From Promethearchaeota archaeon (GTDB lineage Archaea > Asgardarchaeota > Hermodarchaeia > Hermodarchaeales > Hermodarchaeaceae), in contig JBHLMG010000004.1 of the NCBI GenBank assembly GCA_048938385.1, positions 1-56,983 of the forward strand: a stretch of DNA of 56,983 nt, in the 5' to 3' direction. Positions within the stretch are counted from its first letter, which is position 1. Every line of letters starts with the position of its first letter. Below are positions 49,601 to 56,983 of this stretch, one piece after another. The translations under genes and the position numbers were made by a program. The notes under the pieces are model-generated. The model was not told where the DNA came from. It worked only from the letters and a program-made list of their open reading frames with translations, and did no database searches.

Positions 49601-49700
49601 CGATAATTCCCCCAGTCTTCAATTTTTTCTGAAGTTCATTAGGGATATTTGGGATATCAGAAAGGGAAATAGTGGGACCGGCTCCTGTCATCTCTTCCAC
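46614..49700 (-). CDS. Large hypothetical protein: N-terminal HhH-like motif, long alpha-helical region, beta-rich C-terminus
   Basis: 1028-aa ORF. LSDIPNIPNELQKKLKTGGI resembles an HhH motif, L/A/Q/E-rich helices follow, and the last ~170 aa are strand-like. Confidence 0.7.
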   Translation of the reverse strand: MEEMTGAGPTISLSDIPNIPNELQKKLKTGGIIELTQLFSSEGKLHDAVILAEKANLSVQDSVSVRQLGRRYIESLFEDLTAKRKIEPIELLWKLHWLLGSIPEGDQRNDLVVMEASALAALLETFDVDKVAIIERILQILLHRQLIITDKIRKSEIAQLVEFSERFQKKSLVAYQTVKAKPTLLALSHVDEPTKQVVQLRKITSHWKSLHQIMKEKGDEKADRILTALQANDSLKVLDISKEHLTDRLQQTMSPEKLRQSQLTHITAIMNAAIDLDDAYLAAKFAGRASQIWFELAQAKPGKSLGDDLLRSLRFTRTAIFHYRVLDDTKGAVQQLEHLVQLLGEIPPKLVTTLQEAIIGALNTFISTVPLLDRPTDQTLILKASQRFDTTINKLEKQLTNSEARYDLASLYIDFQKLALKQLNQLGAESSVTREFSIELLQALLRLIETAPKPEKERLLNEVVERANSLIADTKPISSIRNKELEVISAVAGRIAQRPLSILTQPAKELVEATRQLNEQLYFQTKDPKVKAQLALQLLLSKISPDDAGALQTTLSTKELDKLEEYATTALITHVKGKEAHRVLKAGSLLVWVILQRLQHAKSTEEIQKLKEDARDFVEKTYSFIPVPDQLTEEAYPFAFLLLRSVNELVHDERPADKSQWEILLTQSEQFAQNLAKAAASRKNRGHQLLALSVAGTATAKLATITPPSSQRTRLLKRATTQIHKALQAASAEANPVAIEAALSQYNQLMQSQLSTNPTISAQVFIFKEWDQTYSEAIQALQQAEVEEPLNRLEASRILNARIPLTFSLFQREKTSLDSVRRQLTDLLHEVSKIGNPEQIKLAKILEKRWAFQLGEDSLLASGFRLEDAETSFTLADEHFRISLQVEPVISINGQALKKMQSFPFLRLAPHSNGLIWYDETPVICSLYSGEKLYTWLTILDPSDQQTTIGYWFVAAEDVMARITLQILAVENLSQDTTGVVVQLSGAQVKLTKQPVVAEHHETRGVLVFELDLISGYPEALSLYITLT

Positions 49701-49997
49701 CCTTAATTCACTAGGTAAGAGAAGGAATTCGCAGTTAAGAAATTATGTGTATTAGCGGCGATGAATTTTGAAGTCCGTTCCGTGAAATTCTAAAATGTTT
49801 ATTTTATCCATTTATGCAATTCAGAAATCTTATCTAATTTTCATGTAATGGTGTATTGACTATGAACGAAAACGAACGATATGGTCCTGTGATCAAACGA
49901 CTCCAACGTCGAATGTTTAACAGTTTAACATTTGTATAAAAATTCTCATGGTATGATTAGCCAAAATAACTTAGAACCATATTCTGGTTGAGAGTTT

Positions 49998-51686
49998 TTA
50001 CACTCCTTTGGCAACTGCAGATTCGACGCGTTTGTTTAGCTTAGCCGTCATCTCTTCGATGTTTTCGTCTGAGATTTTATGAAATAGCACTTTCGGCTTT
50101 GATAGCGCAGTTCCTGGTGGAAGGGGTTCTAAACAGTCTTCGACAGTAGCTTCATGAACTGTACCAGTTAATCCCAGTTGGTTCCACAATTTTTCTGCGA
50201 TTGTTGGCAAGGCAGGCTCTATCAGAATAGCTATGGCTTTCAACAATTGTAAACATTGGTATAGATCACTTTGACATTGTGTAGGGTTTTCTTTGATGGA
50301 TTTCCAAGGTTCGCTTTGTTGAAACACAGTATTTCCCAGAGAAGCCAGATGCAAGGTGGTATCAACAGCCTCCTTGAATCGGTATTCAGTGATGGCCTGT
50401 TTGATGTCTTCGACAGCTTGGTTAATGGATTCACGAATATGTGGAGTTATGGTTCCTTCAGGGATCTTTTTGAAGTTTTTGTGAAGAAATAGAAGTACGC
50501 GATAAGCGTAGTTGCCAAGGATTCCAACAAGTTCATTATTTACCTTGAGCTGAAATTCTTTCCAGACAAAATCTAAATCTTTTGTGTGACCGGTGTAGGA
50601 TAGAATGTAGTAACGAACTGCGTCAAGATCAATATCGTTGTTGATGAAGTCTTCTTCTATATCAATGACAAAGCCCCGGCTTTTTGAAAGACCATGACCT
50701 TCAACTTTTACCATGCCACTTGCGACTATAGCGTAAGGTGAATTGTAGTTAACGCCTTTCAGTATCGCTGGCCAGAAAATGGCGTGATGGTACACAATAT
50801 CTGCGCCAATGAAGTTGATGATTTTCCCGTTGTGAACCCAATAGTCCTTCCAATCTGCCTCCCTCTGGCGAGCCCATTCTTCAGTGAAGGAGATGTAGCC
50901 AGCATAATTCTCTGCCCAAACATACAAGACAAGTTCCTCATCGTCTGGATAGGGAATCCCCCATTCTAAATTGCGCGATATACACCAGTCTTTTAATCCT
51001 TGGCGTATCCAACCTAACGCATAATTACGGGCTATCGGTGTTCCTTTGAGGCCTTCGTTTAATTCAGTAAGATAGTCAGCGAAAAGAGATAGTTTCAGGA
51101 AATGATGTCGCGTTTCACGCAGCTTCGCTGGAGAGCCGCAGGTGATACATCGAGGATTAATGAGCTGGTCGGCATCGAGATATCGCTGGCATCCTTGGTC
51201 ACATTCATCACCACGCGCTTGGGCGCCGCAATAAGGACATGTACCAACGAGAAATCGATCAGCCAGAAAGGTCTGGCAAGTGTCACAGTAGGGGAGCTGT
51301 ACTTGACGAGTTTCAACATATCCGTTCTTTTCTAGGGTTCTTATGATGGTCTGAGCTCGTTTGTAATGATACTGTGCTTCAGTTGTACCGTACAAGTCGA
51401 CTCCAATATTCAATTTGTCAAAGATTTTTTCATAATGCTTATGGTACTTATCAGAGAGTTCTTTAGGAGATATTCCTGCCTCTTTTGCTGCAAGTTCAAT
51501 TGGGGCTCCATGGGTATCAGATCCACACACAAATAAGACATCATAACCAAAGCGTTTGAGGTAACGGGTGTAGGCGTCACCTGGAATATAGGTTCGAAGG
51601 TGACCAATGTGGGCTGTTCCATTAGTGTAGGGCAAACCACAGGTTACAACGATTTTATCGGTTTTAGAAAGTTCCACGACGACCAC
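49998..51686 (-). CDS. metG: Methionyl-tRNA synthetase (short form, no C-terminal tRNA-binding domain)
   Basis: Motifs LPYTNG.AHIGH, GSDTHG, Zn knuckles, DWCISRNLEWG, YHHAIFWPA, GLSKSRG and NNELVGILGN. Confidence 0.95.
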   Translation of the reverse strand: MVVVELSKTDKIVVTCGLPYTNGTAHIGHLRTYIPGDAYTRYLKRFGYDVLFVCGSDTHGAPIELAAKEAGISPKELSDKYHKHYEKIFDKLNIGVDLYGTTEAQYHYKRAQTIIRTLEKNGYVETRQVQLPYCDTCQTFLADRFLVGTCPYCGAQARGDECDQGCQRYLDADQLINPRCITCGSPAKLRETRHHFLKLSLFADYLTELNEGLKGTPIARNYALGWIRQGLKDWCISRNLEWGIPYPDDEELVLYVWAENYAGYISFTEEWARQREADWKDYWVHNGKIINFIGADIVYHHAIFWPAILKGVNYNSPYAIVASGMVKVEGHGLSKSRGFVIDIEEDFINNDIDLDAVRYYILSYTGHTKDLDFVWKEFQLKVNNELVGILGNYAYRVLLFLHKNFKKIPEGTITPHIRESINQAVEDIKQAITEYRFKEAVDTTLHLASLGNTVFQQSEPWKSIKENPTQCQSDLYQCLQLLKAIAILIEPALPTIAEKLWNQLGLTGTVHEATVEDCLEPLPPGTALSKPKVLFHKISDENIEEMTAKLNKRVESAVAKGV

Positions 51687-51956
51687 CTTCAGAGCTCTTT
51701 TGAGCGGAGTTTGGGAGAACTTTGAGAGTATTGAGGCTGGTTCAAATGAGTATGCCTAGCCTTTGAAGTTTTTGATTCTACTGGGGGAGTTTGCTGTAAA
51801 GGATGGCTTGGATTAGAGACGGTTTGATGGCTATAATCTCGTTCTAAGGGTATTCATCGTATCAAAACCTTGTAGAAATCGGTTGGAGAATTAATTTATT
51901 AGGGAAAAAAGCGAGAACTGATTGGTTGGTGAATTATCAACGGAGGTTTCTGTTAC

Positions 51957-52205
51957 ATGACCTTAACGGCCATCATTCTCATCGATGTTGATCCTCCTCT
52001 AACCGATACAATCTTTGAGTCATTGAAGGATCTCCCCATCGTGAAGGAGATCTCATCGGTTTACGGTGTTCATGATATCTTCTGTCTTATAGAAATCGCA
52101 GATGAAGAAGAATTGAATGACTTCATCTTCCAACGCCTCCGTCCAACTGATGGGGTGAAAGAAACACTTACTCTCATGGTGTCTCAAATTATCCGTAAAG
52201 ACTAG
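51957..52205 (+). CDS. Stand-alone Lrp/AsnC ligand-binding (RAM) domain protein
   Basis: VYGVHDI...GVKETLT pattern; 82 aa; GGAGGT SD. Confidence 0.88.
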   Translation: MTLTAIILIDVDPPLTDTIFESLKDLPIVKEISSVYGVHDIFCLIEIADEEELNDFIFQRLRPTDGVKETLTLMVSQIIRKD

Positions 52206-52502
52206 CTTTTCTCATTTCACCTTGTAAAGAGCTCCATCCAATGAAGGCGATTCGTACTTCTTTTTTCTTCTAGGTTTTGGGGTTTAAATAAGTCACAGAA
52301 ACTTCTTCTCTTGAAGGAAGTGAAGGGACAAGAAGTAATGTTGTGTCCGCATCGTTCCTCGCCCTCCCCTCGCTCCCCCTACCTCCCATCTTCCCTTTTC
52401 GATGGCACCTTCGCTTCCTTCTTCATTCCTTGATAGTCCGGACTCATAGGGGAGTTGGATTTTCTTTAGACACAATACTCTTTTACACAAGCTTATCTAC
52501 AG

Positions 52503-53102
52503 TTGCCTGAGAAGGTGAGGACGATATCATTCTTTCCCAACGATTCAGAGGATTCGAACCAGAATACCTCAGGACCCGCACACTACATTGTAAAGACGGT
52601 TATTTGCGGTGATTGGGGTGTTGGTAAAACTAGCCTCCTTCGAAGATTTATTGAAAACACTTTTGATCACGACTATAAACCAAGCATCGGCGTCAACATC
52701 CTCACCAAAATTGTCGATGTTAAAGGTCGGAAAATTAAGTTACAGCTATTTGACACAGGTGGTCAAGAGCGCTTTCGGTCCATGCGACAACGCTATTATA
52801 AAGGTGCCCAAGGCGTTGTGTTCGTGTTCGATGTAACCCGGGCTTCTTCTGCCGCGGCGATTGAATCACACTGGCTCAACGAGGTTGAAGATATCCTTGG
52901 GAAAGATTTCGAACGATTGGTTCTCGCTAACAAAACTGATTTAGAAAACGAGCGAGAAGTTTCAGAGTATGCGGCGAAACAAGCTACTACCCGCATTCAA
53001 GGCAGCTACTATGAAACCAGTGCTCTCAGTGGAAAGAATGTCGAAGAAGCTTTCTCTGATCTTGCTGAGCGCCTGTTGAAGAAACTCTTTCCGGAGGACT
53101 GA
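52503..53102 (+). CDS. Rab-like small GTPase
   Basis: Motifs GDWGVGKTS, PSIGVN, KLQLFDTGGQERF, YYKGA, NKTD and ETSA. Confidence 0.93.
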   Translation: MPEKVRTISFFPNDSEDSNQNTSGPAHYIVKTVICGDWGVGKTSLLRRFIENTFDHDYKPSIGVNILTKIVDVKGRKIKLQLFDTGGQERFRSMRQRYYKGAQGVVFVFDVTRASSAAAIESHWLNEVEDILGKDFERLVLANKTDLENEREVSEYAAKQATTRIQGSYYETSALSGKNVEEAFSDLAERLLKKLFPED

Positions 53103-53103
53103 A

Positions 53104-54330
53104 TTGTTGCCAGCTGCCAATCATTCTGTTGGTGAAGACTATGTCCGGTTAGGGTTTCAAGTTGATCAGATTCTCAAAGAGATCAAGGGTGATGATCTCA
53201 TCATTGTGGACAACTATTTTGGACCACCGGAATATAAGCCTCAGAACGGACCGGTCGATGCTGATGACTTAATGGTAGCCCTTCGCACCTTAACTTCTCG
53301 GGTGCGTAGAAAGATCCATGAAGAGCCAAGGAGAACCTTTCTTCAGAAACAACTTGATGCAATGGGTTTACTAGTTCGCTTTGCGCTTGATGAGAAAGTG
53401 ACTTTTAACGAAAGGGTGCAAACGGGTTTGGATGTTGAAGTGGTTGCTGTCCCAAGCGAACGAATCGAAGAATTGACTGAAGAAGTTACCCGGGCGTTAC
53501 GCAAAAAGGTGTTAAAAGGGGATCTTACTTCGATGGCAACGCGCTGGCGTAAACGCGCCATGACTACGGGGTCAGAAATTGTTCCTCTTGCTGAAGAGTT
53601 AGCGAATCAAGCACGGCGAGCCACACATCGTCTCCTCTTTGAATTGCCAGAATCGGAGAGGGTTGAATTTCGTCCAGTCCCCGATGCACCTTGGGGGGCT
53701 TACAACTACTACCAAGGCGAATATCGATCCTTAATTGAAATCAACACAAAATTACCCCATAGTAAATATGATGTTTGGGGCTGGGTTACTCACGAAACCT
53801 ATCCAGGCCACCACACCCAGCTTATTCTACAAGAGCTAGGTTATCACCAAGGCATTCATAATCTGGAGGCCACAATCGCCATCATTAACACTCCCGAATG
53901 TACCATTGCCGAAGGGCTAGCTGAGACAGGGATAGATCTACTAGCCACTGAAAGACCCTTAACACAATTTGAAATAATAGCTTCGCAGCTAAAGCACCTA
54001 AGGCGTGCTGTTGGAATCAACGCCTTAATCATGTTACACCAACAACAACGCAATGAGTCGGAGGTCCTCAAATACCTCCAGGCTTTAGGTGCCTATGAAG
54101 AAGCCTATGCAAAGGCGCGTCTTCCGTTTATGACTGATCCGATGTGGGGACCCTACGGGTTCACATACTTTGTAGGTGCTTGGTTGGTCAAAGGTTTCTT
54201 TCAAGCCGCTAAAGAAGCCCACCTACACGATGAATTTGTCAAAGCCCTTTACCATGAACTCCACACACCAACAACTCTGAAAAGCCGCATTCAAACCTCG
54301 AATTTGAAGCTTCCAACGCTGCTAATCTAG
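53104..54330 (+). CDS. DUF885-like zinc metallopeptidase
   Basis: Motifs HETYPGHH, AEGLA and YxxTYxxG. Confidence 0.75.
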   Translation: MLPAANHSVGEDYVRLGFQVDQILKEIKGDDLIIVDNYFGPPEYKPQNGPVDADDLMVALRTLTSRVRRKIHEEPRRTFLQKQLDAMGLLVRFALDEKVTFNERVQTGLDVEVVAVPSERIEELTEEVTRALRKKVLKGDLTSMATRWRKRAMTTGSEIVPLAEELANQARRATHRLLFELPESERVEFRPVPDAPWGAYNYYQGEYRSLIEINTKLPHSKYDVWGWVTHETYPGHHTQLILQELGYHQGIHNLEATIAIINTPECTIAEGLAETGIDLLATERPLTQFEIIASQLKHLRRAVGINALIMLHQQQRNESEVLKYLQALGAYEEAYAKARLPFMTDPMWGPYGFTYFVGAWLVKGFFQAAKEAHLHDEFVKALYHELHTPTTLKSRIQTSNLKLPTLLI

Positions 54331-54392
54331 CAGCTAACAATAAACGGGAACACCCATATACGAGCGTCGCTGTCAAGTCATTAGAGGGTTGT

Positions 54393-55316
54393 ATGCTGTC
54401 TGATTTACCGCTTTTTGAAGGGGTTTCACCAGTACTCGACACCTTCTTCGGTGCTCCAATCGATATAAGCGCAGCCAACTATGTTTTCGTAGGGGTTCCT
54501 TTTGATAAGACGAGTACATTTCGTCATGGCTCACAACAGGGTCCTGTAGCTATTCGTAACGCTTCACAACATATTGAAAGTTATTGTCTCCAAGAGAATT
54601 CGTCCATTAATGCAGCTGAACTTCCTCTCGCTGACATCGGGAATGTATCGTTTTCTTCAGAAACTGTAGAAAGCATGCTGAGAAGCACTGAAGCTGTAGT
54701 AGCTCATCTTAACTCGTTGGAAAAGATCCCTCTTCTACTCGGGGGTGAACATACCCTGACTCTGGGAGCTGTGCGAGCTCTTCCGCGCGATATTGTGCTA
54801 GTCCAGTTTGACGCACACATGGATCTCCGTGATCAATACAAAGGAAACGAGTTCACACACGCCAGTGTGCAACGCCGCATTGTCGAACATCTCGGTCCTG
54901 ATCATCTCATCCAAATCGGTATTCGTGCTATTACGGAGGAAGAATATGACTATGCAAAGAGTCACGAGATCGTCTTCTATTCTAGTGATGTAATCCTTAA
55001 AGAAGGTGCAGAGGTGATCGCTCACCGAATCAACGAAGCGATTCCTCCTGGTCCACCAATTTACATCTCTATTGATTTGGATGTGTTAGATCCCGCATTC
55101 GCCCCTGCTGTGGGAAATCCTGAGGCTGCAGGAGTATCCACTCATGAACTTCTAACAATACTCAACTCTATTGCTCCTCGTGCCACTGCCTTTGATATCA
55201 CCGAACTCACTCCCCAATATGATCAAGGAATCAGTGCGATAACTGCGGCTCGAATCATCAAGAGCTTTCTCTGCATTCACGCGAAACACCACTCGACAGC
55301 AACTACGGTAAGGTAG
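54393..55316 (+). CDS. speB: Agmatinase
   Basis: Motifs GVPFD.TS, GP.AIR, GGEHT, FDAHMD, SIDLDVLDP and ITEL.P.YD. Confidence 0.92.
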   Translation: MLSDLPLFEGVSPVLDTFFGAPIDISAANYVFVGVPFDKTSTFRHGSQQGPVAIRNASQHIESYCLQENSSINAAELPLADIGNVSFSSETVESMLRSTEAVVAHLNSLEKIPLLLGGEHTLTLGAVRALPRDIVLVQFDAHMDLRDQYKGNEFTHASVQRRIVEHLGPDHLIQIGIRAITEEEYDYAKSHEIVFYSSDVILKEGAEVIAHRINEAIPPGPPIYISIDLDVLDPAFAPAVGNPEAAGVSTHELLTILNSIAPRATAFDITELTPQYDQGISAITAARIIKSFLCIHAKHHSTATTVR

Positions 55317-55357
55317 ATGAAGCCGGTCTATTGATGCAAAGGTGTAAATAGCTCCTG

Positions 55358-56404
55358 ATGATAGGGAAACCAACTTTGCTGGTGATTTCCATGGCAGATG
55401 TTTTACAAATACTCGACCAAATCGGTTCTCGAGTTAACGGAAAAATGCTTGAACTGCTGGCCGTTGGAGCAAGTAAAGACTTTCAGGAAGTAGTATTTCA
55501 TCAAGTTCAAGCTGGTGGTAAACGAATTCGTCCAGCTTTAACCATCCTTTTTTGTGAAGCTACAGGCGGTACTGAGGAAAACGCACTCTCCACCGCTGCT
55601 GCAATCGAATTGATTCACAACTACTCTCTCATTTTAGACGACATCATCGATGATGCAAATGTCCGCCGAAACCTTCCCACAACTTGGAAAAAATATGGAC
55701 TCAACTTTGGCATTCTCGCCTCAACGCATTATCGCGAAGCCATCGAAGAAGCCATTCTCCAGTCACCAAATCCTTTGGCTATCTCTCGCATCGTGGCGGA
55801 TACTATTCGTGAACTAGTCGAAGGAGAACGACTGGATGTTCTCTTCGAACAATTACCTAGCACAGAAGAGTATGCCGAAAAACATCGCTATCAAGATGTA
55901 ACTTTAGATGACTACGAAGCCATGATTGGGTACAAGACCGCGGCCCTCATTCGTGCAGCCTGCGAAACAGGAGTAATTTGCGCAAAGGGATCGCCTGCCC
56001 TCCAAACTGCAGCTCGAGAATTCGGATGGAAAGCGGGAATAGCATTTCAACTTGCTGATGATGTGCTTGATTTGTTTGCAGAAGAAACGAAACTCGGCAA
56101 AAAATTAGGGAAAGATATCTATGAACACAAACTTGGAAACACAGTAATTTTACACGCGCTTTCCTTGCTTTCAAAGAAAAATCATGCATATGTACTTGAA
56201 ATTCTCCGTTCTCCAAGGCCCACGGACGATGAAGTCCAGAAGGTCATTCGCCTGTTGCAAGAGACAAATGCGAGTCAGTTCGTGAAACAACAAGCTGAAG
56301 ATTTGGTAAAGGATGCCAAAAAAGCACTTCAACAGTTTCCCAATAAAGACAAGACACGGCTATTAGCGGCTCTCATTGATTTTATTTATCAACGATCATT
56401 TTAG
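55358..56404 (+). CDS. Polyprenyl diphosphate synthase (GGPP synthase-like; start may be 55391)
   Basis: GGKRIRP, FARM DDIIDD with Tyr at -5 (short-chain type), KTAAL and SARM DDVLD. Confidence 0.92.
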   Translation: MIGKPTLLVISMADVLQILDQIGSRVNGKMLELLAVGASKDFQEVVFHQVQAGGKRIRPALTILFCEATGGTEENALSTAAAIELIHNYSLILDDIIDDANVRRNLPTTWKKYGLNFGILASTHYREAIEEAILQSPNPLAISRIVADTIRELVEGERLDVLFEQLPSTEEYAEKHRYQDVTLDDYEAMIGYKTAALIRAACETGVICAKGSPALQTAAREFGWKAGIAFQLADDVLDLFAEETKLGKKLGKDIYEHKLGNTVILHALSLLSKKNHAYVLEILRSPRPTDDEVQKVIRLLQETNASQFVKQQAEDLVKDAKKALQQFPNKDKTRLLAALIDFIYQRSF

Positions 56405-56419
56405 AGTATTAGCTCCACT

Positions 56420-56983
56420 CTATTCCAGCCCATCAGACTCAAAGAGAGCACGAAGTTCTTGCATGCTAAGTTTCTGTCCTGTTTGATGCTTTGTCCGAGC
56501 CTGTTCAGCTAATTTCTCCATGGCGGCTTTTTCGCGCTCTTCACGGGCTTTTTTCTGTCCTTCCCGAATGGCATCTAATCTTTGCTTCAATGTGGCTTCT
56601 TGCTGCTGTAATACATCCAGCCTTTCACGCATTTCATCCGCTTCTTGAAGACATGAAACATACATCTGGTGCGCTTCCTCGATTTCGGTCCGGGTTGGAC
56701 CTAAATCTTGGGATAATTCGATGATGTTCTGATGCTTTTGTTGAGCCTCCTCTACTAGTGCAATCATTGTCTCATGATACTCTTGTGCCTTATCTCGAGC
56801 CACTTGCGCCTCCTCCCAAAATCTATCTCCTCTATCAGTTTGAAGCGAGGAAGATTTGATGCTTGGAGCGGTATCCATCGCCTTTGAGAGACTTTCCAAT
56901 TCTTCAAGTATTGCGCGTTCTTCATCAATCGATAAAGTTGTTGTTTGTTGTTTCCATTCCAGTTCTCGAAAACGCTGTTGGAG
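56420..56983 (-). CDS. Archaeal coiled-coil protein (COG1340-like), 5'-truncated by the window edge
   Basis: The frame stays open to nt 56983 and adds LEWKQQTTTLSIDEERAIL. It also has AQEYHE.M, AHQ.Y and C-terminal GQKLSMQEL. Confidence 0.8.
   Translation of the reverse strand, partial: LQQRFRELEWKQQTTTLSIDEERAILEELESLSKAMDTAPSIKSSSLQTDRGDRFWEEAQVARDKAQEYHETMIALVEEAQQKHQNIIELSQDLGPTRTEIEEAHQMYVSCLQEADEMRERLDVLQQQEATLKQRLDAIREGQKKAREEREKAAMEKLAEQARTKHQTGQKLSMQELRALFESDGLE

Noticed and set aside
50660-50700. MetRS KMSKS loop reads GLSKS
   Set aside because: The second Lys is retained and this loop varies among class I synthetases, so there is no sign of inactivation.
52293-52490. 65-aa minus-strand ORF
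   Set aside because: It has a TTG start, a composition driven by the purine tract and no motif, so it is not supported as a gene.
52503-56404. Rab prenylation system (Rab + GGPP synthase, with CAAX protease elsewhere)
   Set aside because: Neither GTPase has a C-terminal Cys and no protein prenyltransferase is present. GGPP synthase is explained by archaeal lipid synthesis.
917-56724. Many 60-160 aa ORFs overlapping the called genes
   Set aside because: They are nested in or antisense to well-supported CDSs and show no motifs.
1-56983. tRNA, rRNA, CRISPR arrays, IS elements, integrases, selenocysteine/pyrrolysine readthrough
   Set aside because: By-eye inspection found no cloverleaf, repeat-spacer pattern, transposase or recognised enzyme split at an in-frame stop. 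A tRNAscan/Rfam run would be needed to exclude small RNAs.

Overview
This is a gene-dense archaeal chromosomal segment. It is most consistent with an Asgard archaeon (inference): it has two Rab-like small GTPases, a roadblock/LC7 protein, a TPR-CHAT protein, a possible membrane RING/PHD-like protein, L35Ae and archaeal-type PheRS/MetRS. Housekeeping genes include pheS/pheT, metG, class III RNR (nrdD, a redoxin and nrdG), dUTPase, deoC-aor, an M42 peptidase, a PAC2 proteasome chaperone, GTPBP1, agmatinase and a GGPP-type prenyl synthase. The standout is a ~14 kb island (13849-27905). In it, a methanogen-type sulfonate (coenzyme M-backbone) operon of APS reductase, cysteate synthase and fused ComDE is transcribed divergently from Lrp, ATP-grasp, PIG-L deacetylase and a second ATP-grasp gene. 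These sit among glycosyltransferases, a flippase and two alkaline-phosphatase-superfamily enzymes, which suggests a sulfonate-decorated surface glycan. Other oddities are a probably dead CHAT protease, L35Ae with a histone-H1-like tail, a TFS/RpoM paralog that apparently starts at ATA and lacks its C-terminal ribbon, and DeoC with a Cys4 tail. I saw no rRNA, tRNA, CRISPR array or transposase. All calls come from motif recognition by eye; no database searches were run.
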